DNA of 63,767 bases, filler included, from Conidiobolus incongruus B7586 (taxonomy: Eukaryota), in the NCBI GenBank assembly GCA_000697335.1. It is 12 parts of 12 records of this genome, joined end to end, with 100 filler letters (N's around TTAATTAATTAA, not from the genome) between each part and the next. Parts side by side here need not be neighbours in the genome. Positions count along the whole stretch, not along the records: positions 1 to 6,383 come from JNEM01006942.1; positions 6,484 to 11,976 come from JNEM01006943.1; positions 12,077 to 14,077 come from JNEM01006947.1; 9 more parts are not named here. One strand, 5' to 3'. Position numbers and translations under genes: made by a program. The notes beneath the pieces are model-generated. The model saw only the letters and a program-made list of their open reading frames with translations. It ran no database searches and was not told the origin of the DNA. Shown here piece by piece: positions 1 to 12,251 of this stretch. Numbering within the stretch: position 1 is the stretch's first letter; every line of letters begins with the position of its first letter.

Positions 1-582
1 TAATTTTTATTATATTTTTATAATAATATTATATTTATTTATATTGATTAACTTATAAATATACTTTTTATTATATTCATTTATAATTTTAACATATTTA
101 AGTTTAAGTTTAAATATATTTTTATTGTTATTTTTAATAAGTTTAATTATAGTAAACTAGTTAACATTAGTAATTTTAACAATATCATAAGTTAATTTAC
201 TTTTTTGATAAAGTTAATTAATACACAAATAGAATTATTTAGAGAGGGATTTAAATATAATAATACTAATAAAAAAATTTAGTATATTTATAAAATATTA
301 TATAAAATAATAACAAAAAGAGAAAAAAGATATAGTTATATATTATTAAATATATCCTTTTATCTCAAAAACCTATAAATTTATAAATCACCTTAGTTAA
401 ATATTAAAGGTTAATATTTTTTTAATAGTTTACTAAATATATTTAAATATATTTATATATTATTAAATAATATACCTTAATTATATATTGTAATTTCAAG
501 TAATTTAATATATACAATTATTTTAGTTATTAATTAAAATATATATATTTTTGATTTTATGACTCATTTTTATGGGTTAGTA
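1..582 (-). mobile_element. Degenerate Tc1-like transposon, 5' end and TIR (truncated by window start)
   Basis: Aligns by eye with 60010-60599 (e.g. agagagggattta; ttgattttatgactcatttttatgggttag). Ends before TA at 583-584. Differences are mostly transitions. Confidence 0.85.
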
Positions 583-1675
583 TACTTTATAAAGTTTATT
601 AATTAGAGAAATATTTGTTTTTATTCAAATAATTTAATTAATTTAATTATTTATTTACTCAAATATGATTTAATTTCAATAAATGTCAAATCAAGCAAAT
701 GAAATTAAAGAAAATAACAAAAAATAACCTGAAATTAATCAAATATGTTATATTCCAATTGTATTGCAAAAAAAGAAAAATAAATTTGACTTAAATTTAA
801 GTTTGATATAAAAAAGACTAAACATTGTATATAGTTGTATTAATTTTTTTCATAGTATACTTTAATCTATTGATGGTATAGAATATAATTTGATTATACT
901 TAAAAATTTTAATTGAAATTTTAAAATTAATTTGGAATATAACCAATATAAATATATAAATAAAATTTTAGGTATAGAAAATTATAAATTATTGAATAAA
1001 TGTCAAGGTTATAATTCAATAATAATTATATCGGTTTATTGCCTGTATTTGAGAGAAATTAGTGTACAACTATATAATGATTTGTAATTAAAATGTATAA
1101 TTTTTAAATTGCTAACATATATTAGTAATCCAAAACTGTTAAGGTTATGTAATTGAAAATATGAGCGTATTGGTTTTTACAAGCTTAACCATCTAAATGG
1201 GCTAAAATTTCAAATTCATTAATAAGGTCTTGTTTAAATATAGTATAAATTAAATAAATATAGTTGATATAATCAATTATATTATGATCTATACCATTAA
1301 GGAGATTATAAAATATTAATATAATGCATATAGCAAAGTTTAATAAAAATTAAATAATCTCATTTAGAAAGTTAAATTTATATCAATTAATCATTTTGCT
1401 TTTTCAATATTCTATTAAATTCTTTAGAAAATTTAAGAATATGAGAATCACTATTAGACCCATAATTTTAGTTAAACAAGATGACGAATTTGAATTAATT
1501 GACAATAATAGTAAATGGAAGTTGCAATTTAAAATATCACTTCACAGTAAAAAAAATACAATTAATTGATTCGAAATTCAAAATATTAATTATTTAAATC
1601 AACTTATTTTAGTAGTTTTTAAATAATATTTTTTTATAATTCTGTATTAATTGGATATTTTAAATTATAATAAAT

Positions 1676-3425
1676 ATGAACGCTACTCAAGGAATCAATC
1701 CAGGTCAAGCTATTTATACCACTGATGAATATGGTAGACCTTTTATTATTGTTAGAGAACAACAAAAGAAGTCTAGATTATCTGGAATTGAAGCTCATAA
1801 GGTAAGTTACACACCTAAACTATATATATTCAATCCAAGTTTCTAATATTCAAAATTAATAGGCTCATATTTTAGCTGCTAAAACTGTTGCTAATATTAT
1901 TAAGACTTCTCTTGGTCCTAGAGGTATATTTGTAATCATATTTAGCCGATTTTATTTTTTAACTTGATCTCTAGGTCTCGATAAAATCTTAATCTCACCA
2001 GATGGTGATATCACTATTACCAATGATGGTGCCACTATTTTAGGTCAAATGGAAGTAGAACACCAAATCGCCAAACTCTTAGTTCAACTTTCCAAATCTC
2101 AAGATGACGAAATTGGTGATGGTACTACTGGTGTTGTAGTATTGGCTGGTGCTCTTTTGGAACAAACCGAACAACTTTTAGACCGCGGTATTCATCCCAT
2201 TCGTATATCTGATGGTTTCGAAAGAGCTTGTCAAATTGCTATTGCCGAATTAGATAAGTGTTCCGATACTGTTGAATTTTCAAAAGATAACACCGAAAAC
2301 TTGTTTAAGACTGCTAAGACCTGTCTTGGAAGTAAGATTGTTTCCAAGTGCCATGATCAATTTGCTCAAATGGCGGTTGATGCCGTACTCTCGGTTGCCG
2401 ATCTTGAACGTAAGGATGTTGACTTTGAACTTATCAAGATGGAAGGCAAAGTCGGAGGATCTCTTAAAGATTCCGTTCTCGTCAAGGGTGTTATCGTTGA
2501 CAAAGACATGTCCCATCCCCAAATGCCCCGTGAAATCAAAGATGCTAAAATTGCTATTCTCACCTGTCCCTTCGAACCTCCTCGTCCCAAGACCAAGCAT
2601 AAGCTCGACATCAAGACAGTTGAAGAATACAAGGCTCTTCAAGAATACGAAAAGGAAAAATTCCAAACTATGATCAAACAATGCAAGGACTCTGGTGCTA
2701 ATCTTGTCATTTGTCAATGGGGTTTTGATGATGAAGCTAATCATCTTTTACTTCAAAACCAACTTCCCGCCGTTAGATGGGTTGGTGGTCCCGAAATTGA
2801 ATTGATAGCTATTGCTACCAACGGTCGCATTGTCCCTCGTTTCGAAGAACTTAGTCCCGAAAAGTTGGGTCAAGCCGGTATCGTCCGTGAGATGAGCTTT
2901 GGTACCACCAGAGACCGCATGCTTGTCATCGAAGAATGCGCCAACTCTCGTGCCGTCACCGTGTTCATCCGTGGTGGTAACAAGATGATCATTGATGAAG
3001 CCAAGCGTTCTCTTCATGATGCTATTTGTGTCGTTCGTAACTTGGTTCGTGACAACCGTGTTGTTTATGGTGGTGGTGCTGCTGAGATTGCCTGTTCATT
3101 GGCTGTTTCCAAAGCCGCTGACGAAATTGCTACTGTTGAACAATACGCCATGAGAGCTTTCGCTGCCGCCCTCGACTCTGTTCCCATGACCCTTGCCGAA
3201 AACAGTGGCCTTGAACCCATCAAAACACTCAGTGCTATCAAAGCCGATCAAGTTGCCACTGGCAAGAGCTCTCTTGGGGTTGATTGTTTGGACAAGGGCT
3301 CTAATGATATGAAAGAACAATTTGTCTTCGATCCCTTGATATCTAAGCGTCAACAATTCTTATTGGCCACTCAATTGGTTAAGATGATCCTTAAGATTGA
3401 TGATGTTATTATACATTCTGAATAG
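1676..3425 (+). CDS. CCT5: T-complex protein 1 subunit epsilon (CCT chaperonin); exons 1676-1801, 1863-1923, 1975-3425
   Basis: Spliced N-terminus MNATQG...[13 protein letters not shown]...[30 protein letters not shown] joins the 458-aa ORF. GDGTT motif and the epsilon-type [17 protein letters not shown] segments are present. Introns are GT-AG. Confidence 0.97.
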
Positions 3426-3623
3426 AGGAAATTGGAATTATATAGCAGTTTAATTTATCATAATATTCATTCAATAAAAAATTTCATAATTTTTTTATTA
3501 TTACAACTATGCATATCTCAATACATTTACAGTAACTAAATATTAACAATCAAACATATGCCTTATTTCTATATAATAAGAATAAAATATATATATAATT
3601 ATAAAATAATAAATAATTTATTT

Positions 3624-4737
3624 TTATTGTTGTAATTTTTTTTTAATATCGATAGATTTAGGCTGATGGAGCAAACTGATGGCCATTTCATAAGCACCCA
3701 AAAAGATACTGCCACCAATACTCAACCACATGACACGGGGAACAATACCTTTGAATAATGCGCCAAATCCTTCTTCTGCAGTGATTCTGTGTAAGGTAGA
3801 CACAAATCCAGTATAAGGCTTAGAGGTGGCCTCGATTTGCTTGGAGCTAAGCATGATCCTGGTCTTGGCAACATCGAGGGGCGTAGTTAAGCCAGCAGCA
3901 ATACCTCCTGAGAGGGATCCACAAAGAGCAGCTTGATAAGGAGATAGAGGCTGGTTGTTTCTAAAATTCTCGGACCATTTAAGCTAATATGCTAGTTAAT
4001 AACGGCACATATATGCCAAATCAGTAGGATTACCTTTAAATATTCGTAAAGAGGGAATTGAATACAAGTAAAAGGAATCTAATGGTTATATTACATTACC
4101 AAAGATATAATATATGAATATAATAAGTAAACTAACCTCTCTGATAACAGTAGTTAAATAACCTCTGTAAAAACCCAAAGCTCCTTCTTGAGCGAAAATA
4201 TTATTCACTGCTGAGAGATAAGTTTTGTATTGGTTTGTTTGCATTCTCTGTTTGATCACTTCAGTGGGTACACGTACTAAACAGGCAGCGATCTCTCCCG
4301 ATGAAGCAGCGGTCATGTGGATGAAAGGAGCACTCATGGAAGTATCTTTGAGGAAACCTTTTACAGCTTCATAAGTCGAGAAGAATAGAGCAGCTAATAA
4401 TATTATTTAATAATTTTCAAAGTAAAAGTGTTTTGAACTAATTACCACCGGGAGCTGATCCAATGACAGCAGAGCTGAGACCATTGTAAACTCCTTTGAA
4501 TCCGCCAGCTTTTACAAAGCCTTGCTGAGATTGTAATCTAGTTTTAATAGTATCTAACGGGAATAGTATCGTATCAACGGAAGCACCAGCAACACCTCCA
4601 GCCTAATTAGTAATTATAAATAAATTGAATTTAGATCAAATACTCTTTGAAACCACCTTCAAAAGGAGTAGAGAATGAATTTAACTTACAATGAGAGCTT
4701 GAAAGTAGCTGGGACTTGTAGTGTTTTGAGTAGTCAT
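3624..4737 (-). CDS. Mitochondrial carrier, S-adenosylmethionine transporter-like (Sam5/Pet8, SLC25A26); exons 4690-4737, 4446-4602, 4137-4393, 4034-4078, 3624-3983
   Basis: Three carrier signatures ([30 protein letters not shown]), plus GSAPGAALFF and [14 protein letters not shown] typical of SAM carriers. Four GT-AG introns keep the frame. Confidence 0.9.
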
Positions 4738-5810
4738 TAGATCAATTAATATTAATTAACGATAGTATTGATTACAAGAGTGAGTGAGACTTTATCTGAT
4801 TAACCAGAATCGGATTTATTATGATCTATTAATGACCAATTGGATGATTGATAGTTGAGGGATTTCAAATTTCATATTGGATATATTATTACAATTATTT
4901 TGAAATTATGCATTTAATTATAAAATTACTAATCACAAACTAATATCATCTGATAGATCAATTATTTTTTTTTATTAATCAATAAGTAGACCAAGAATAT
5001 TGATAAGTGTAAATGATATACCAACTCGTCCCTGTATATTGATTTCAAATATCTTTTAAATTGTTAATTTGTAACTTGACCTTCAATCTTAATATGTTGT
5101 GTAAATTGTCTAATATCTGTATCAAGCTTTATTATCTTATGACTTTAAAAGTTTTATTTTAATCAATATACATTTTGGTTTATTGTGAGAACTGATAATT
5201 GTCAAAACTTTTCTAATACCCAAGTATTCAAAAATCATATTATCCAATCTAACGATTTATAACCTTAAATTTCGTATTATGATTATTTTATTTTATAACT
5301 TATATGATTTTGGATTTGGATATAAAATTTTTAAATACATAAATAATAATAATGAAAACTGATATCAAGTATTTCCTTTTTTAAGCACATATTTCTTGAA
5401 TTATTTTCTTTGTAAAAAATGATCTATTAAAAGTATATAGAGAAAATTCTGCTATTATTATATATATCTAGAAATTTAAAGCAATACTGTTGAATATGCT
5501 ACTTTACTGTACAGGTTTGATTCAAAAGTTGGCTGATTCATAGTAGGGTTTTATTTAATATAAAAGAATATAATTACTGAACTGCGGTTTAGATAATAAA
5601 AGTGGATTTTTTTGATGTAAATTTAAAAAATGTTAACAGTAAATTGAAATGTTTCAAATTCATGAACAGTATCGAAAAAAATCTGTAAAATAAAAGATTA
5701 ATTATAGTCATTAGATAAACAAATTAATTAAAACTATTTATATAAATAAAAATTATTACAAAACAAAATTGAATGAGATATATAAAAATAAAATTTAACT
5801 CAAGCTTGGA

Positions 5811-8800
5811 TTAAGTATAGAATCTAATGAATAAGAGTTAATAACAGATCTAATATAATAAATAATTATACTTACTTTTTGTTGATTAAGAAAACTAGTA
5901 AATTTACATTCACCTTTACAACACCATCAAATAAACTCATCACTTGGACATTATCGAATTGGGCTTGGAGTAAGTCTTCAATATGCAAATCAATTTCGGC
6001 ATTGGGCATCTTGACTCCCAATAAATAGGCTTCGACGCGGAACACACTCTCTTGATCAGAAGAAATAGTAAGCGTGATCTTATCAAATTTGTTAGGGTTG
6101 TAGCCTTCAATCGAAATCAAAATACCACGCTTGTACAAAACATCGGCACCATACTTATAAGATCCAAACTTGGGCATCTTACCCGCACGCTCTAATCCCT
6201 TCATATGGAAATACTGACGTGAGAAAGGTGTGACTTTGTGTTTCTTGCCTTTTCCAGCTCTGAGATTAGCAATACATTGGGAAATAACAGTCTGGAAAGA
6301 AGCCTTCTGCTCATCTAAGAACTTGCTAGTTTCCTGCAAATTAGCCAAAGTCTGTCTTAGTTGAACAAATTCTCTAGAGCGAGNNNNNNNNNNNNNNNNN
6401 NNNNNNNNNNNNNNNNNNNNNNNNNNNTTAATTAATTAANNNNNNNNNNNNNNNNNNNNNNNNNNNNNNNNNNNNNNNNNNNNTAAGGTTGGAAGCGCTG
6501 GAGGATGCTCCAAATGATGAGCTATCGCCGAAAATACTTCCCCTTTTACCTGAACTAGAATTACGATTCGATTTGAGTACTTCATCCAAAGTAATACGAT
6601 TCTTCAAAAGTAAAGCAATTTTAATTTCCATGTCATTCAATTCTTTTTCTAATTTCTTGTTATCACGAATATTTTTTACAACCTTCTGTCTTAACTGCTC
6701 CAAATCCATTTCAGCCAGAAAATCGGACTCGCTATCATCTAATAGATACAAGAAGTTTCTCATGGTAGAAACGGGTGGATTTTCGCGCATAGCCAAGTCA
6801 TAATAGGCACGTTTTGCCTTCTTGGCTCTGAAAATAGACTGGATCATGACAACAGTGTCTTCGTTCTGTTCGAAGTGCTTCATGCGTTCAGTCATGTATC
6901 TTCTATAAAGAACGCCGCGAGCAATAGCTTGTAAATTGGAGAGTGAGTTTTCGTGAGAAGCAAGTTCTGATAATAAATGAGTCCAATATTGACGGGTAAG
7001 AATACCCCTGGCTAAAGCTTGAAGCCTTTCAATATCGGAGGTAACAGGCTTTAGATATGATTTAATTGATTCAAGGCGACGTTTAGCTAAATATCTACGC
7101 GAAAGAGCTTGAAGTTGAGTAATTGCATCATTGTTGGATTTTATGGATTGTAAATTAGACTGATATTGTTGTCGACTGATTAAACCTCTACAGAGAGCTT
7201 GTAATATTAAAACAGAATTAGAATGTTCATTAAGATCAGTTTTAATTTTGTTAAATCTAGCTTGTGCTAACTTAGATCTAGCTACAGCTTGTAATTCAAT
7301 AAGGGAACCGCTAGTTTGATTGAGTTTAGATTGATGTTCTTGTTTGTGTTTTCGTGCAATAAACCCCCTGGATAATGCCTGTAAATATGTGATTGTTAGT
7401 TCATTTGATCTTAAATTTTGAAGCAACGTAGTAAACTTCTCTCTAGTTAATTTCGATCTTATTTGAGCTTGGAATCTTTGTATAACATCATTTTCTTTAA
7501 TTAGGCTGTTTACAAGTGCTACTTTTTGAGCATGTCGCGACCTAGCAATGTTACCACGACATAGTGCTTGAAGATGCTGGATTTTGGGGACCTGTGCTTC
7601 CATTTCTGTAACTGTTTGCTTATATTGAGCGCGGGCAATCTTGCGGCGACAGAGAGCTTGTAGAAGCTCAATCTTAGGGATTTGTGCTTTAGTTTCTGTA
7701 ACAATTTCCTGATAATGAGCACGAGCAATCTTGCGACGACAAAGTGCTTGAAGATTTTGCACGATGGGGACTTGGGTTTGAGCTTGTTGAAGCATAGAAA
7801 GATGTTTAGAGCGAGCTAAGCGAGTTCTACACAGTGCTTGGAGTTTACAGATTGTTACTTTGTTGGCTTTATGGCTGTCTAATGTCTTCTTGTGATTCAT
7901 TCGAACTAGTTTACCACGACAGTGAGCTTGTAAAGCTATACTGGGAGTTTCAAGCTCAATATCACGCTGCATCCAATTATTCCTTACTAGATAACCCCTT
8001 CCTAAAGCTTGGATTTTAACAATTTTCTCAATATTTTCTGATAGATCTATAATTCAAATTTCAAGTTATTTAAGATTGATTGAGAAGTAGTATTTAAAAT
8101 TACCAGTGGATAGGGTAGGTTGAGGTTCAGGTTCATTCATTTCTCTAGCCAACTGCGATCTAACATTTTTGAATATTGGCATGGTTACCCCTGAGCTGTC
8201 AAGCTGTCTTTGAGTTATAGCAATTTGTTCGTCTATAATAGATCATGATTTGATATAAATTCGTAATACATTGATTAAATGAATTACCTGTGAATTGTAA
8301 AAATCCAACAAGATTATTAATGCTAGGAGCTAAACCTCTCTTATAAAGCAAATGACTTGATCGTAGGTTAATATTAATTGATTGATATAATATAATATAT
8401 AAAAATCAATACCTTAGAGCATGTAAAGAATATATAACTTTGGGAATGTTTTTTCCGTCGTATAAATCAGTTAATTCAAATTGAAAATTCTAAATAATTT
8501 ATTAAATAAAGCATAATCAAATATATTACAAAAATACCTCAGGTAATCCTATCTTTTTAAATACTTGAAAAACATAGTTAATGTTATCAGAATGTCTATA
8601 TTGAAGTTTTTTATCCTAAATTTAATATTAATTCAACATATAAAAATTTTATAAGATTATTTTTACTTCAAATATTCTTTTAACTATAGTGGGTTCAAAA
8701 GCTTTGACTAATTTAGCCAAAATAACACCATTCCTCAAACTCTGTTCAAAGTTTTCAATTTCTGCTACTTCTTCTTCAATAACTTTTTCTATCCACCTAA

Positions 8801-9105
8801 TTATTAAACCAAAGATTAATTTTTTTTCTGATAAATTGAATAACAATTGATTACTCTTTGACTTCACCAATATGACATAAATATTCATAAGCTTGCAAAT
8901 TTTTTCTTTCAACATCCATCCAACTACCAGTTCTATGGTATCTTGCAGTTCTAGCCGTCGGTTCATGTCGACTTAGACGATGTCGTCCTTGTAAACCTAA
9001 TCAAGGTTTATATTTTTAACAAAATTAAAAATTTGCATAATAAATAATACCGACAACTTCTTGAGTATCTGGAACTGCTATTTTTGTACTAAACCTTTTT
9101 ATCAT
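5811..9105 (-). CDS. IQGAP-family protein (Iqg1/Rng2-like): CH domain, ~14 IQ repeats, RasGAP C-terminal region; multi-exon, interrupted by gap 6384-6483
   Basis: N-terminal exons give AYEYLCHIGEVKE-WIE...LRNGVILAKL...HSDNIN (CH domain). Repeated LQALxRGxLxR motifs and IALLLKNRITLDEV follow. The C-terminus reads DLLQAQF...NLLVFLINKK-FYT* after intron 5824-5875. The start at 9105 is inferred. Confidence 0.92.
6384..6483. other. Artificial assembly spacer N44-TTAATTAATTAA-N44; also at 11977, 14078, 15862, 30747, 35814, 48690, 51028, 57167, 59032, 61893
   Basis: Identical 100-nt structure occurs 11 times. The 12-mer puts stop codons in all six frames. Confidence 0.97.
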
Positions 9106-10079
9106 GAATATGCTTGAATTTGATTAATTATAAAGATATGATTTCAAATAAAGATATATTAAGTGAAATATAGTGATTGAATTAATTATATAAGCTTATT
9201 CTAATTGGCAATTATGAGAATAGTAATTTAAATTTCTAATGAGTGAACCTATTTGTTTCTTGTTCATGAGATTCTCCAGTGTGATTGGCTTAATTATTTG
9301 TTAAATTAAGACAATGGAATGACAAAATTAACTAACCTGAACAAGATATCATATTAATAAATTTTGGCTATAAAGCGGACACTACGGATCATAACATCTA
9401 TGATTTAACTTTGTCATCATAATAATCAAGTTTAAGTTTTATTTTACTATATTCAATAAAATATGATGAATATTTGATACATGATATACTAGATTTAATA
9501 TTTCTTGGTATTTTTTTAAATCTCAATCAGGTAATACTTTTTAGCAGTGAATAATACAATTTGGAAGAATTATCATTAATATTGATAGTATGAACATAAA
9601 TCTAAACTATTTGATCAAATTAATCAATTATGAAATTAAACTGTTCAAATCATGAATGTTTAAAAAAGTTAATTATACTATTTAAAGGCATACTTTAAAA
9701 TAAAATCAATAGGATTCGATTAATATTTAAATATCACCAAACGATAAAAATGACATTGGTTTATTAAATATAGATTCAGAGTAATGATGAAATGATAGTA
9801 AGGATAACCTATAATTTATTCTGATAGTGCATTTTATAATTCTTTATCTTTTCAAATAAAAATCATATATTGATGATATTTAAGAAAACTTTATAAATAG
9901 TAAATTGAATTGAATATATTTTGAAATTGAACTTTGGTTAGATCAAAAAATGCAAAAGATAGACATAGTTAATTTGGTTCCTTGATTCTAGATAATCATG
10001 AATTAGATTCAAGTGATTTCGACAAATATTTGTATATTTAAAACTACAAGTACATTATAAGTGATAAACTGATTAAATT

Positions 10080-10313
10080 TTAATTTTTTGCTTGTTGATT
10101 TAAAGGTTCTGATACTTGGTCGAGTCTGATTAGCTTGGCATTGGGGTTCACTTGGACTTTTTTCATTTTTTCAGATTGGTTGTAGGGACTTGATACTACG
10201 GGACAGGGGAAGAGAGTGGGTGCTGCTACCGTAAATACACAACCAAAACCAACGAGCCAAAACAGATTAGTTGTTACTTTTTGCTTTTGGGCATATGTCA
10301 ATGTGCGGAACAT
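10080..10313 (-). CDS. 77-aa small protein resembling cytochrome c oxidase assembly factor Coa2
   Basis: GC-richer island. MFRT...TTNLFWLVGFGCVFTVAAPTLFPCPV has a basic N-terminus, a hydrophobic segment and an L-x-PCP motif, as I recall for yeast Coa2 (NNLYF...SVLPCPA). Confidence 0.6.
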   Translation of the reverse strand: MFRTLTYAQKQKVTTNLFWLVGFGCVFTVAAPTLFPCPVVSSPYNQSEKMKKVQVNPNAKLIRLDQVSEPLNQQAKN

Positions 10314-12076
10314 TGTATAAATCAATTCAAAATATATGACTATGTAGAGATAGGGCAAAAGGTTTCCGTCAAATCGGTGATATGAATATGTATGATAGAT
10401 TATGGATGTTACTACAGTATTGACTGACTTGAATTAATAGCGAAATTATCTCAATTTGAGCTGAGATGGATCCAATATTTATAGATGAAAATATTGACTC
10501 AAGTTGAATGAATTAATATAGCTCCCAAATGTACAAAATAAAAACCCTAACGATCAATATTAGAAAGTAATTTCAAAAGTTTACTGCTTTGTTGTTGACT
10601 TTCAGATCTGATGTTATCTTATTGTTTGATTAAAAATTATTTATTTGATTATCTAAAAATGATCTATTATGGGATTATTTTTTGTTGACTTTAATTCAAA
10701 TGATTTGTCTAAATCTATAATTTTTATAAGATTTATTAATTTATATCAAATAAAATTTAGACTTACTACTATGAGCATTATGTTACTCACAAATTATTCA
10801 ATTAAAGAAATAACTGATGCTCTTTTAGCTTTTATAGATTAGCAGGTAATAAATCTTTCCAAAGTTAATATTTTGATTAATAATGATAATTATCTTTTTT
10901 AATATATATTTAGGTTATATAGATATAATATTATAAACAGTATTATTTTGTATATTAATTTATAATGTAAAATATACTATTTATGAGGTATTTTATTATC
11001 ATAATCTTTGGTAGGAATTTCCATTGATTTTGAGCACATCTATCAATATTTAGTCATTGCCTATTTAAATTACCACTTTTAGCCCAGATACTTTGATATT
11101 ATTAAATAATGGTATTTAATTTCAAAAAATATAACACTATTTACATTATTTACACTATTGCCATTTTTTGTCAAATATAAACAAATCTTATCATATTTTT
11201 TACGCCAGAAAATAAAATAAGCTAGAATAATGCTAAAAAGTCTTAGATATTAGGATAAAGCTAAAAAGGTTAAAATTGTTCAAATTTCTAGTGATTTTAA
11301 GTTTTATTTAGTTTTTAATATTAATAGATTATTAATTGATAAGAAAGCAACACCCAATCTAAAGAATATATTATTCTGAGTCTTCTTATAATAATAACAA
11401 TTAACCATAAATAATATGTTTAATATTTTAAAATAATATATCTTAAATATAAAATTATATAAAATACCAAGTTAAATCTTATTTTAAACTTTATAACACC
11501 TGATTTTTATTAGAATCAAGATATAAAGAAACTTACTTTCAAGTTATTATTATTACTACTATTATTATTATTACTATTATTACTCATATCCTTATAAATA
11601 TACTTTATAAAGTTATAATTTTAAGTTTTTGAAATTAATTATTTTTCAGGATTAATTTAAATCTATATTTATTTAAATTTTAAAACCTGATCTAATAATG
11701 GAATTTAAGGTTAATCTCCATGAAATTTAAGATAAATATTTGAGAAAGCCATTTTTATTATAGTTTGAAATTATAAAAAAATAAAAAACAATGGAAGCTG
11801 GGAAAATATATTAAAAAAATAAAACTTTAAATAAATAGGAATATAAATAAAAAGAATTAATATATAAGTTAATTGATAATTAAATATTATAAAAATTAAT
11901 ATAAATTATTAATCTTGAAATCATATTATATTAACTATCAAATATTAAATTCTTATAAAAAAATTAAAATTAATTANNNNNNNNNNNNNNNNNNNNNNNN
12001 NNNNNNNNNNNNNNNNNNNNTTAATTAATTAANNNNNNNNNNNNNNNNNNNNNNNNNNNNNNNNNNNNNNNNNNNN

Positions 12077-12103
12077 AAAAAGTTAATTTTTTAATCAAAA
12101 AAA

Positions 12104-12142
<39 letters not shown>

Positions 12143-12249
12143 GATATATAATTTCCTATTAACTTTGTATATATTTATTCATTTCAAACTAATAAAATGT
12201 TTGAAAAATCAGAAATTAAAAAATTTCCTTTATTTCAAATTCAAGGTAA
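12077..12249 (-). mobile_element. mariner 5' end fragment (remainder in gap)
   Basis: Nearly identical to 62887-63050. Ends in TIR ...ttcaaattcaaggtaa followed by TA at 12250-12251. Confidence 0.9.
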
Positions 12250-12251
12250 TA

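Noticed and set aside
2272..3356. Overlapping alternative-frame and antisense ORFs within CCT5, and similar ones in the TF, CAP, IQGAP and kinase genes
   Set aside because: Shadows of GC-richer coding sequence with no recognisable motifs.
6428..6439. Recurrent TTAATTAATTAA palindrome between N runs, superficially a regularly repeated element
   Set aside because: Artificial six-frame-stop scaffold spacer, not biological. It also falsely terminates the 514-aa ORF.
8649..8966. 105-aa ORF as a separate gene
   Set aside because: Reads through IQGAP exons and an intron. Only the WIEKV...KRIFE part is in the true frame.
9784..9824. ATGATGA...CTGA, resembling C/D snoRNA boxes
   Set aside because: Only ~40 nt apart with no terminal stem, and such words are common in AT-rich DNA.
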